From Bradymonadia bacterium (lineage in GTDB: Bacteria; Myxococcota_A; Bradymonadia; UBA7976; UBA1532), in assembly GCA_046290225.1 (NCBI GenBank), contig JBKAGE010000054.1, positions 1 to 64,000 of the forward strand: a stretch of 64,000 bases of DNA. Reading direction: 5' to 3'. Positions 46,041 to 54,873 of this stretch are shown here, one piece after another (position 1 is the stretch's first letter; each line of letters begins with the position of its first letter). A program made the position numbers and the translations under genes. The notes under the pieces were generated by a model. It saw nothing but the letters and a program-made list of their open reading frames with translations, did no database searches and had not been told where the DNA came from.

Positions 46041-47933
46041 ATGCACCGCCCCGACTTCCATCACGCGCACTGCCGACGGCTCGTGTCGGCTCTGCTCTGC
46101 GGGTGGTTGTCAGTGTGTCTCCTCGCCTGTGAGCGCAAGGCGCCGACATCAGAGAGTTCACCGACAACACCGGCGAATGGTCAGGGTGTCTACCAGGACG
46201 AAGCGGGTGTGACCCGCACCCTCTTCACCCCCATCGAGGTCATCAACTATGGCGGCATGGTGCGCCACGACGCCGGCTTCGAGGGTCGCTTGATGGGGTA
46301 CGAGTTCGTCGCCAGCCCTGAAGACGAGGCCCAAATCACATTTGAAGGCGCCGGCGCAGTCGCGCTGTACGGACCACGCACGCCTACAGGCCTGTGGGGT
46401 GAGCGGCTGCTCACAGATGCGGGTGAGGGGGTGATGCGGCTGGTCTCTTCACCCCTCAGCGCCCGAGGGCACTACTTCATCTTGATCCAGCCCGAGGGCG
46501 ATGGTCAGGGGTTCACGCTCAGCCTCGAGTGTGTCGGTGGCCCCTGCCTGCCTGATCCATGCCCCGAAGCCCCCGCCTGTGATCTCTTCTGCGCTGAAGG
46601 CTACGCCCGAGATCGAGCTGGGTGCCGACAATGCGCCTGTGACAGGCTCAACTGCTCTGCCGAGGGGGTCAGCTGCCCCTTGGGTGAGGTCTGCGTCGAA
46701 GGCGCATGCCAGCCTGCCCCCTCGTGTGAAGCAGAGTGCCCGTCTACGGTGGAGCAGGTCTGTGGTGCTGACGGTCGGACCTACCGCAACGCCTGCACAG
46801 CAGAGTGCGCCAGGCAGGAGGTCGTCGCCCGGGGTCCATGTGCTGCGGCGCAGTGCGACGATGACAATCCGTGCCCGTCCGGTCAGATGTGTCAGGCAAA
46901 CCGGTGCGTCGACACGCCCTGCAGCTGTACCGACGAGCAAGAGCCTGTGTGCAGCACCGAAGGCAACACGTGGCGCAACCGTTGCGTCATGAACTGTCGT
47001 GGCGAAGAGCTGGCCTATGTCGGCGCCTGCGTCCGCCGACAGTGCGATCCGTATGCTGGCTTGCCCAACCAGTGCCCTGAAGGCACCGAGTGCTTCCCTG
47101 CGGTGAGCCTGCCGGGAAACACCCGACGCTGCACCCTCGACCCGAGAGATCCAGAGTGCATTTTCGAGTGCCGGGTCAGCCCTGATGTTCAGCGATGCCG
47201 AAGCAGCGACCAGTGTGGCAACGGAGTCTGCTACATCGCCCCCGGCGCCAACGCGGGCATCTGCACCCAGGCCTGCCGGCTCGAGGGTGAAGACACCTGC
47301 CCGGGGGCCCTCGCCTGTGCCAGTGTCACGCTTCAGGATCTCCCCGAAGAGGCGGGTGCTTGTCTGCTGCCGTGTGCCTCTCCGAGAGAGACCTCGATCT
47401 GTTTTGATCCACAGGTGTGCAACCCCGACGACGCAGGCCGCCTGTTCTGCCAGTCCTGCTCGTGCGATCCCGACGAACAACAACCAGTCTGCGCCAACGG
47501 CACCACCTACCCCAGCCCGTGTTTCGCCTTCTGCGCCGGCGTGGAGCGTGGTGAGCTCACCCGCGGCCCGTGCGCCGAAGCGCCTCCTGCTTTCTGCCCA
47601 GACTGCCCTGCCGACCCCCGGCCCACCTGTGGTGAAGGCCGTGTCTATGCCTCCTCGTGTGAAGCCTTGTGCGATAGCGCACGCCCCGACGGGGACCTAT
47701 CGTGTGTAGACGGTGATCTTCCCGATCTCACCTGTGAGCGAGACGAAGATTGCCGCCCTACGGGTTGTGATGATTTGATCTGCGCCGCCGAGGAGTCCGA
47801 TCTGTGCGCCGACGTATCTCCGGAATACCGCTGCTTCGCCACCACCGGTGCATGCGGATGCGTCAACGGGATGTGTCAGTTCCAGCGCACGACGAACTCC
47901 GACCGCTGTCTGAGCCGGGTGAGGCGCCGCTGA
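46041..47933 (+). CDS. Cys-rich lipoprotein with Kazal-type repeats, an antistasin-like unit and a C-terminal eight-cysteine-cluster-like domain
   Basis: Lipobox LLAC; VCGADGRTYRNAC, VCSTEGNTWRNRC, VCANGTTYPSPC, TCGEGRVYASSC; CDLFCAEGYARDRAGCRQCAC; CERDEDCRPTGC...CGCVNGMC. Confidence 0.8.
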   Translation: MHRPDFHHAHCRRLVSALLCGWLSVCLLACERKAPTSESSPTTPANGQGVYQDEAGVTRTLFTPIEVINYGGMVRHDAGFEGRLMGYEFVASPEDEAQITFEGAGAVALYGPRTPTGLWGERLLTDAGEGVMRLVSSPLSARGHYFILIQPEGDGQGFTLSLECVGGPCLPDPCPEAPACDLFCAEGYARDRAGCRQCACDRLNCSAEGVSCPLGEVCVEGACQPAPSCEAECPSTVEQVCGADGRTYRNACTAECARQEVVARGPCAAAQCDDDNPCPSGQMCQANRCVDTPCSCTDEQEPVCSTEGNTWRNRCVMNCRGEELAYVGACVRRQCDPYAGLPNQCPEGTECFPAVSLPGNTRRCTLDPRDPECIFECRVSPDVQRCRSSDQCGNGVCYIAPGANAGICTQACRLEGEDTCPGALACASVTLQDLPEEAGACLLPCASPRETSICFDPQVCNPDDAGRLFCQSCSCDPDEQQPVCANGTTYPSPCFAFCAGVERGELTRGPCAEAPPAFCPDCPADPRPTCGEGRVYASSCEALCDSARPDGDLSCVDGDLPDLTCERDEDCRPTGCDDLICAAEESDLCADVSPEYRCFATTGACGCVNGMCQFQRTTNSDRCLSRVRRR

Positions 47934-47982
47934 GCGTACACCTTCGGGCTTCACCCCCTGCATACCTGCGAGCACACCGCTG

Positions 47983-49242
47983 ATGTCACGCGTCTTGATG
48001 ATGACCGCCGCCTGGCCCCCTGTGGGTCGGGTGGGCGCCCGCCGGCCTCTGCGCCTGGCACGCCGCCTCGAACAACACGGTTGGACCCCCATCGTGCTGA
48101 CCCCAGATCCGGAGAGCGAGCCGTTCTATCGAGCCCCGAGCCTGGATCACTCGCTCACGGAGCCCGATGTGGAGGTGCATCGTGTGCCGGCGCTGTTCCC
48201 CGGCGTCAAAGCCCGGCGCCTGCTCGACCAGGTGGGCGCCTCGAAGGCGCCCAAGGCCACCTTCATCGCCCAACGCATCATCGACGGCCTGCAGTTGCCT
48301 GATCATATCGTGGAGTGGTCCCTTGCCGCCCGCCGGCGAGCCAGAGCCCTAGGGCCTGTAGACGTCGTCTGGGCCACAGGGGGTCCGTGGGGTTTGCTGG
48401 TCGCAGCGGGGGTGGTGGCTCGAGCACTCGACCGGCCCCTCGTCCTCGACTATCGCGATCCCTGGACGGTGGCCCCGAAGGTGTTCAGCAAGAACCCTCT
48501 GAAGATGCCCGCCCCCGTCTACCGCTGGATGGAGGGCCAGCTGCTCGGTCAGGCCAGGGCGGTGTCGTACGTGTATCGTGACAATCTCGAGCGCAACCAG
48601 AAGGTCTTTGGTCAGCCTGAGGGCACTCACTGGCAAGTGATCCCCAACGGCTTCGACCCGCTCGACCTGCCTGATGGGGAAGCGATCAAGCCTGAGCGCC
48701 CTACGCTGATCTACGCGGGCTCATGCTACGAATCTCGCAGCATGAAGCCCATTCTAGAGGCGCTCCACGCCGGGTTCCCAGGTGATCCGAGCGAGGGTCT
48801 GCAGCTCAAAGTCTTCGGCGAGCTCGACCCCCCAGCGAAGCAGTTCCTCGACGCCCACCCGCTCGGCGAGCGCGTCAAAATCATGGGTCGTATCCCCGCC
48901 CATGATCTCGCGGGCCACCTCAAGGGCGCAGATGGCCTGCTGGTGATCACCGGTGAGCAGCACAAACGCGCCATCGCCGCCAAGATCTTCGACTACCTGC
49001 TCGCCGGACGGCCCATGCTCAGCTATGGCCCGCCAGGCAGCGACGCTGAAGACCTGTTGCACCGCTGTGGTGCGGGCCGCTGGGTGAACAGCGGGGATCA
49101 AACCGCTCTCATCGAGGCCCTGAAAGCCGTGGAGCGTCGAGATCTGGACTTCGACCCCAAGCCCGAGGAGATCGCCCGCCATTCTGCGGACGCGATGACC
49201 GCAGAGATGGCGTCGCTATTACGCTTCGCGGCACACAACTGA
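47983..49242 (+). CDS. Glycosyltransferase family 4-like (GT-B)
   Basis: RVLMMTAAWPP start, LVLDYRDPW, VIPNGFD, KIFDYLLAGRP. Confidence 0.85.
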   Translation: MSRVLMMTAAWPPVGRVGARRPLRLARRLEQHGWTPIVLTPDPESEPFYRAPSLDHSLTEPDVEVHRVPALFPGVKARRLLDQVGASKAPKATFIAQRIIDGLQLPDHIVEWSLAARRRARALGPVDVVWATGGPWGLLVAAGVVARALDRPLVLDYRDPWTVAPKVFSKNPLKMPAPVYRWMEGQLLGQARAVSYVYRDNLERNQKVFGQPEGTHWQVIPNGFDPLDLPDGEAIKPERPTLIYAGSCYESRSMKPILEALHAGFPGDPSEGLQLKVFGELDPPAKQFLDAHPLGERVKIMGRIPAHDLAGHLKGADGLLVITGEQHKRAIAAKIFDYLLAGRPMLSYGPPGSDAEDLLHRCGAGRWVNSGDQTALIEALKAVERRDLDFDPKPEEIARHSADAMTAEMASLLRFAAHN

Positions 49243-49436
49243 ACCCACGTTCAGGCCACAAAATGCCCTCTGCGGCGTTTTGGTGCGTATTTTTTTTCGC
49301 GGCAACGCACCGAATTCCCAGCAGAATCGCTTTCACCACGGCGGGAAATCGCATCTTTCTATTACGTCGGCGCCAGAAATTGGTATGGTCCGCCGCCAGA
49401 TTCACACGACCAATGAAACCCCAGGGAGGCTTTTTA

Positions 49437-50249
49437 ATGGTCAACTTCAGCGTTGCAACCCGCTTCGTCGCTTTCGCCGCAGTCTTCAGCCTGATGGCTT
49501 GTGGCAGCAAGGCCCCTGAGGCCGCCAAGACCCCTGAAGAAGCCGCCAAGCGCGTCGTCGACGGCCTCAAGGCCAACAAGCCCGTCGCCGCCTGGGACGC
49601 CATGCCCAAGCAGTACCAGGATGACGTGAAGAGCGTCATCACCGAGTTCGCCAACAACATGGATGCCGAGCTCTACGACAAGGCCATGTCCGTGGCCACC
49701 AAGGCTGCCAAGCTGGCCAAGGACAAGAAGGACATCATCAGCAAGATGGTGCCCGCCCCCGTCCTCGAGCAGGCCGGTGGTTACGATCAGGCCGTGGGCC
49801 TCCTCAGCGACGTCCTCGACAGCGACATCAAGACCATCAGCAGCCTGAAGGGCATCGACCCCCGTAAGTTCCTCGAGGGTCCCGGCAGCAAGGTCATGGC
49901 CGCCGCCATGAAGCAGAACAAGGGCATGGACTTCTCCAAGTTCACCGTCGCCAAGGGCGAGGGTGAGGGCATGGTGAAGATCGCCGGCCGCGACATGAAG
50001 TTCGTCAAGGTGGGCAACGCTTGGGTCCCCGAGGAGATGTCCAAGGACTGGGGCAACATGATCAAGGAGGCCAAGGCTGGCATGGCTGGTCTCAAGCAGG
50101 TCGGCGCCATGAAGCCCAAGGTCATGGAGGCTCTCGCCGCCGTGGACAAGGCCCTCGACGAGGCCGCCAAGGCTTCCTCCCCCGAGGATTTCCAGAAGGC
50201 CTTCATGCCCGTGATGGGTCAGCTCGGCCCCATGATGGGCGCCTTCTAA
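49437..50249 (+). CDS. Helical lipoprotein, hypothetical, probably highly expressed
   Basis: GGGAGG RBS, lipobox LMAC, strongly biased codon usage, own terminator. Confidence 0.75.
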   Translation: MVNFSVATRFVAFAAVFSLMACGSKAPEAAKTPEEAAKRVVDGLKANKPVAAWDAMPKQYQDDVKSVITEFANNMDAELYDKAMSVATKAAKLAKDKKDIISKMVPAPVLEQAGGYDQAVGLLSDVLDSDIKTISSLKGIDPRKFLEGPGSKVMAAAMKQNKGMDFSKFTVAKGEGEGMVKIAGRDMKFVKVGNAWVPEEMSKDWGNMIKEAKAGMAGLKQVGAMKPKVMEALAAVDKALDEAAKASSPEDFQKAFMPVMGQLGPMMGAF

Positions 50250-50270
50250 GAAGGTCCTCGTCATGCTGAG

Positions 50271-50295
50271 AAAGCCGCCTTCGGGCGGCTTTTTT
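50271..50295 (+). terminator. Rho-independent terminator
   Basis: AAAGCCGCC-TTCG-GGCGGCTTT-TTT. Confidence 0.9.
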
Positions 50296-50485
50296 GCGTT
50301 CTGGCTTCTGTGCTGGGACGCGCTTACTGCCCTCCAGGTCACCTCAAGTGACCGTGCCAGAAGAGACGATGGTCTCTTCGTGCCAGCCTCGAAGGGGCGT
50401 GCCATGGGCTCAGTCTCATGCCAGGCGCTCACAGCACCGTACCAAACCAAAGGCCGCTGTGCAGAAGCAATCCCTGGAGATCCAG

Positions 50486-51496
50486 ATGACCCGACTCTCA
50501 TCCTTGCTCTTGGTCTTCCTCAGCGCATGCGGCTTTGGTGAAACCAGCGTCAGCGCCAGCCCGGGGGGCGGCACCCCAGGCCCCAGCGGCCCCACCGCGC
50601 CCACCGATCCAGTGCCACCTCCGGACTATGGTGATCGGGGTGAAGACATTGCCTTCACTCGAAACCTCGCCATCCCCGAGCTGATCGATGCCATCAACAT
50701 CTCCAAGGGGGCATCCATCTGGGGGGTGAAGTCCGACGGCTCTGGCCTCAAGGCGCTGCTCGACGAGCCTGGAGCATCGAGCCTCATGCCCGCCTACAGC
50801 CCCGACAAGAGCCGCATTGTCTTCGCCAGCAACCGTGGGGGAGATCACAGCAGTGACGCCAGCCCGCCTCTCGATCTCTGGATCATGAACCACGATGGCA
50901 GCGCCCCTGTTCAGCTGACGAAGACGGCCAACGCCCACGAGTGGACCCCGGTGTGGTCTCCCCGAGGCGATCTCATCGCCTACTCCACCACCTCTGCCCG
51001 CGCTGGCTCTGACAAGGTCTGGCACCTCGATGTCTGGGTGATCAAACCTGACGGCACGGACGCACGGCTCATCTATGCCGGCCCGGGTCAGGATGAAGAT
51101 CCGGTGTTCTCTCGAGACGGTCTCAACCTGTACTTCATGGTGGGCAATGGCCCCTCGGGCTGCTTCTTCCAAATCTGGAAGGCCTCGGCCTACGGGTCTC
51201 CGAGCCCCGAGGTGCTCAAGGACGCCAATGGCCAGGCGGTCTGCGGAGAAGACCCGAGCACGAGCCCTGACGGCAAGTCGCTGGTCTATGCCCACAAGGG
51301 CCAGCTCTATACGTACGATTTTTCGAGTAAGACCATCACCCAGATCGGCGGCATCGAGGAGCCCTGGATCGGCACGGACAGCCGACGCATCACATTCGTT
51401 CGAGGTGGCCAGATCTGGGTTGGTGATCTACAGGGTGGCGAGCCGAAGGCGCTCACTGAAGGCCCTTCAGATTACTTCCCCCGCTGGGCCCCCTGA
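50486..51496 (+). CDS. TolB-like PD40 beta-propeller lipoprotein
   Basis: Lipobox LSAC; PAYSPDKSRIVFASNR, PVWSPRGD, PVFSRDG, SPDGKSLVY, terminal PRWAP. Confidence 0.85.
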   Translation: MTRLSSLLLVFLSACGFGETSVSASPGGGTPGPSGPTAPTDPVPPPDYGDRGEDIAFTRNLAIPELIDAINISKGASIWGVKSDGSGLKALLDEPGASSLMPAYSPDKSRIVFASNRGGDHSSDASPPLDLWIMNHDGSAPVQLTKTANAHEWTPVWSPRGDLIAYSTTSARAGSDKVWHLDVWVIKPDGTDARLIYAGPGQDEDPVFSRDGLNLYFMVGNGPSGCFFQIWKASAYGSPSPEVLKDANGQAVCGEDPSTSPDGKSLVYAHKGQLYTYDFSSKTITQIGGIEEPWIGTDSRRITFVRGGQIWVGDLQGGEPKALTEGPSDYFPRWAP

Positions 51497-51610
51497 GCAA
51501 TGCCTCGTCAGGGCATCAACGCACGAAACTGCTGAGCCCTTGTAGGCAGCCCGCTCCGCCTGCGGCGAGCGCGACGGCTGCCTACCAGGGCCCATCGCCC
51601 AGGCTCGCTC

Positions 51611-53458
51611 TCAGCCCACATCAAGCTCGGCCCAAGTCTCCAAGAACAGCCGAGTAGACACGAACGAGAATAGGAATTTGCTGAAGCTGTTGGGCAGCGT
51701 CTCCCGGCCCAACACCTCGGCGATGGCGTCGCGGCGGACGATGTCGAAGATCGGGCCATCATCAAGGATGGCTGCCCGAGTCTCCGGATCCCATCGATCC
51801 AGAACAGAGTCGAGGGCGAGGTTGAAGCCACGCTTGCGCTTGTCCAGACGCACCGAGTCCACCAACAGGCCCTCCCCCGCCGCTCGGAGCAACCACTTGG
51901 CGTGGCCATCGTGGATCAAATGCTCTGGGGGCACCGAGAACATGAACTCTGCGAGGTTGCGGTCGAGATAGGGCGCCCGGTTCTCCACCGAGGTGGCCAT
52001 GGCGTTGAGATCTTCCTCGTACAGAATGACCGGCACCGCCTCGTGACCCAGCTCGTTGAGCATGCGATTGCGCAGCAGATCGTCGCTGTAGCGAGTCTCT
52101 TCGAAGGCCTCAGTCACCGGCGCCCGCATATAGCCCGAGAACTGCTCAGCGTTGAGGTAGATGTGGCCCCGGGCATCGGGGTGCTTCACGAAGCCCAGGG
52201 GATCTTGCAGCAGCGGGTTCCGTACGAAAGCGCCGTAGCTTTGCCGCCAGTCCGCGACACGCTGTTCGAAGCCCGGCTTCGAGGACATCTGCGCCAGCCA
52301 GAAGGCGTAGTGATCGTAATAGCCTGTGAACAGCTCGTCGGCGCCCGTGCCTGAGAGGGCCACCTTGAAGCCCGCATCGGCGATGGTCTCGAGCATGAAC
52401 GACGCCATGTAGTAGTTCAACGTGACCACAGGGGCGTCATGCTGCGCTGTGCGTCGACGCAGGTGACTCAGGAAGTCCCTGCGCTCAGGCCGGATCACGT
52501 GATGCTCCAGGCCCAGACTGTTCACCACCGCCATGACATTCTCGGTCTCGTCGTAGCGCGGATCACCATCGAGGATGCTGAAGGCCGTGACGTCGTGGCC
52601 GAAGTGCTTCGAGGCCACTGAGGCCAGGGTGCCCGAGTCGATGCCACCGCTCAGGCAAAACGCCACAGGTACGTCAGCCCTCAAGCGCAACTTCACCGCC
52701 TCGAAGACTCGGGCTCGAGCCCCCTCCACCGCGGCGGCGTACGACATGCCCACCGGGCGGTACTCGAGGCGCCAGTAGGGCTGCGGCGCAACGTCTCCCG
52801 GGCCACTGAGAGTGGCTGTATGTGCAGCAGGCAGGGCGTGCACCCCGGTGAAGAAGGTTCGGGGGCGCTTGTAGAGCGACTTGTAGCCCAGCACGAGGTA
52901 GCGTCGCAGCTGGTCAGTGTCCACCTCGGGCTTGTGGCCCGAGAGCTGCGCCAGGGCCTTCACCTCGCTGGCGAAATAGAGCGCCCCCTCGTGGTGCATC
53001 CAGTAGAGGGGCTTCTCGCCAAAGCGATCCCTGCTGAGGGTGACGGTGCCATCACGGCCGTCGTAGAGCGCGAAGGCCCACATGCCTTCGAAACGGTCGA
53101 GGGCCTCAGGACCCCAGGCGAGCCAGGCCTTCACCACCACCTCGGTGTCGGAAGTGGTCTCGAAGCCGAACCCGAGGCCTTTCAGCTGGGTCCTCAGCTC
53201 GATGTGGTTGTAGATCTCACCGTTGAAGGCCAGCGCCAGTTGACCCTCGGCGGTCTCGTGCACCCACGGCTGGTGGGCGCGAGGATCGAGATCGACAATG
53301 GAGAGGCGGGTGTGGAGCAGCGTCACCGTGTGGGCGCCCACAGGGCCCGACCAGGCCCCACGGGCGTCCGGCCCTCGATGGTGCATCTGGTCGAGGGTTC
53401 TCGATACGCGGACGGCCGCAGGACGCTGTGGGCCGATCACCCCGGCGATGCCACACAT
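51611..53458 (-). CDS. asnB: Asparagine synthase (glutamine-hydrolysing) family amidotransferase
   Basis: MCGIAG Ntn start, RLSIVDL, FNGEIYN, RDRFGEKPL, LSGGIDS, SGTGADELF. Confidence 0.92.
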   Translation of the reverse strand: MCGIAGVIGPQRPAAVRVSRTLDQMHHRGPDARGAWSGPVGAHTVTLLHTRLSIVDLDPRAHQPWVHETAEGQLALAFNGEIYNHIELRTQLKGLGFGFETTSDTEVVVKAWLAWGPEALDRFEGMWAFALYDGRDGTVTLSRDRFGEKPLYWMHHEGALYFASEVKALAQLSGHKPEVDTDQLRRYLVLGYKSLYKRPRTFFTGVHALPAAHTATLSGPGDVAPQPYWRLEYRPVGMSYAAAVEGARARVFEAVKLRLRADVPVAFCLSGGIDSGTLASVASKHFGHDVTAFSILDGDPRYDETENVMAVVNSLGLEHHVIRPERRDFLSHLRRRTAQHDAPVVTLNYYMASFMLETIADAGFKVALSGTGADELFTGYYDHYAFWLAQMSSKPGFEQRVADWRQSYGAFVRNPLLQDPLGFVKHPDARGHIYLNAEQFSGYMRAPVTEAFEETRYSDDLLRNRMLNELGHEAVPVILYEEDLNAMATSVENRAPYLDRNLAEFMFSVPPEHLIHDGHAKWLLRAAGEGLLVDSVRLDKRKRGFNLALDSVLDRWDPETRAAILDDGPIFDIVRRDAIAEVLGRETLPNSFSKFLFSFVSTRLFLETWAELDVG

Positions 53459-53461
53459 GAC

Positions 53462-54526
53462 TCAGTGACTCCGCGTCGAGGTGTCGGGGGCCGCAGGATC
53501 AGCCACAGGGGCGTTGAAGGCAGGTGGATCAGAAAGATGGTCTGCGGTGAGCCGATGCCCTGCGGTGACCGCCTGCGCCACAGTGCAGCCCACCAGGATC
53601 TCGAAGGCGCTGGCGGAGTAGGCCGTCGCTGGTCGGGCGTACATCAGGTCCGCCGCGGTGATCACGTGGCCCTCGGGCAGATCCCGGGCCACCATCACCC
53701 CCTTGCGGATGATCTCTCTCAGAGGCAGCTCACTGGGCTGAGGGGCCTTCACGCCGTCACCGATGGCCGCTTTGAGACGATCCACCGACTTCACCAGGGC
53801 GGCGAGCTCCTCGGGGTTCATCGACAGCGCATGATCATGGAACGTGCGGTTCTCGCGGGTGCTCGTGAAGTGCACCTCGACGACCTGCGCCCCCAACGCC
53901 ACGGCGGCGTGACACGCCTCAGGGCCGATGACGTGGTTGGACCAGCCCACGGGCACCCCGTACCGGGCCGCCATTCGAGGGATGACGCTCACGTTGGCGT
54001 CCTCCATGGGGGTGGGGTAGGCCGAGACGCAGTGCATGAGCACCAGGCGCTCTCTTGCCCCCACGGCATCAACCCAGCGCACCGCCTGATCCACCTCGGC
54101 CTCGGTGCCCAGGCCCGTGGAGATGATCACCGTCTTGCCGCTCCGGGCGGCGGCGGTGATCACCGGCTCGAAGTCGAGATCACCGCTGGCGATTTTGATG
54201 ACGTCGGCCACCTCGGCGATGAGGGGCACCACGTCTTCGGTGACCGCCGTGGAGAAGAAGTGCACCCCTGCCTCTCGGGCCACCTGGGCCAGGGTCAGGG
54301 TCTCTTCTTTACTCAGGCTGAACCGCCTCACCCGGTCCAAGCGGGCGGGATCTTCTGCGCTGACGAAGCGCTCCGGTGTGTATGTCTGCAGTTTGACGGC
54401 GTGGGCGCCCGCCTCGGCGGCGAGGCGGATCATGTGGGCCGCGGCCTCGGCGTCCCCCTCGTGGTTCACCCCGATCTCGGCAACCACGGCGACCTCACGG
54501 CTCAAATCTCGACCAAAGAGCAGCAT
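53462..54526 (-). CDS. N-acetylneuraminate synthase (NeuB/PseI/LegI) family protein with SAF domain
   Basis: VAEIGVNHEG, VKLQT, KIASGD, IISTG, HCVSAYPT, GWSNH, VEVHFT, C-terminal SAF; GGAGG RBS. Confidence 0.9.
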   Translation of the reverse strand: MLLFGRDLSREVAVVAEIGVNHEGDAEAAAHMIRLAAEAGAHAVKLQTYTPERFVSAEDPARLDRVRRFSLSKEETLTLAQVAREAGVHFFSTAVTEDVVPLIAEVADVIKIASGDLDFEPVITAAARSGKTVIISTGLGTEAEVDQAVRWVDAVGARERLVLMHCVSAYPTPMEDANVSVIPRMAARYGVPVGWSNHVIGPEACHAAVALGAQVVEVHFTSTRENRTFHDHALSMNPEELAALVKSVDRLKAAIGDGVKAPQPSELPLREIIRKGVMVARDLPEGHVITAADLMYARPATAYSASAFEILVGCTVAQAVTAGHRLTADHLSDPPAFNAPVADPAAPDTSTRSH

Positions 54527-54873
54527 TCTTCCTCCAGCGCGCACTCTGCCGGCCACCTTCACCTGATGTCCGGCATCCGTCCACATATGACCTGATTCGT
54601 CATCCCTGACGCTGAGGGTAAAGCGAACCTGCATCTGGGCCGTATGCCAGATTCTGACCGGTGTGGTCGCCCACGTGGAATGACTGACCGCCCACGGCAG
54701 TTTTCGAGATCACGGGTCTGGAGCGCAGAACTCCGAGGGAGAGCGTGACGACACCGCCCTCACTGTGGAACAGTAGGCCCATGGACCCGATTCGACCGTT
54801 TGCACATACGCTCCGATCCTGGCGCACCGATGGTGGCCTCGGTCGGCTCTTCAACCCCGGCGATGGATCGATC

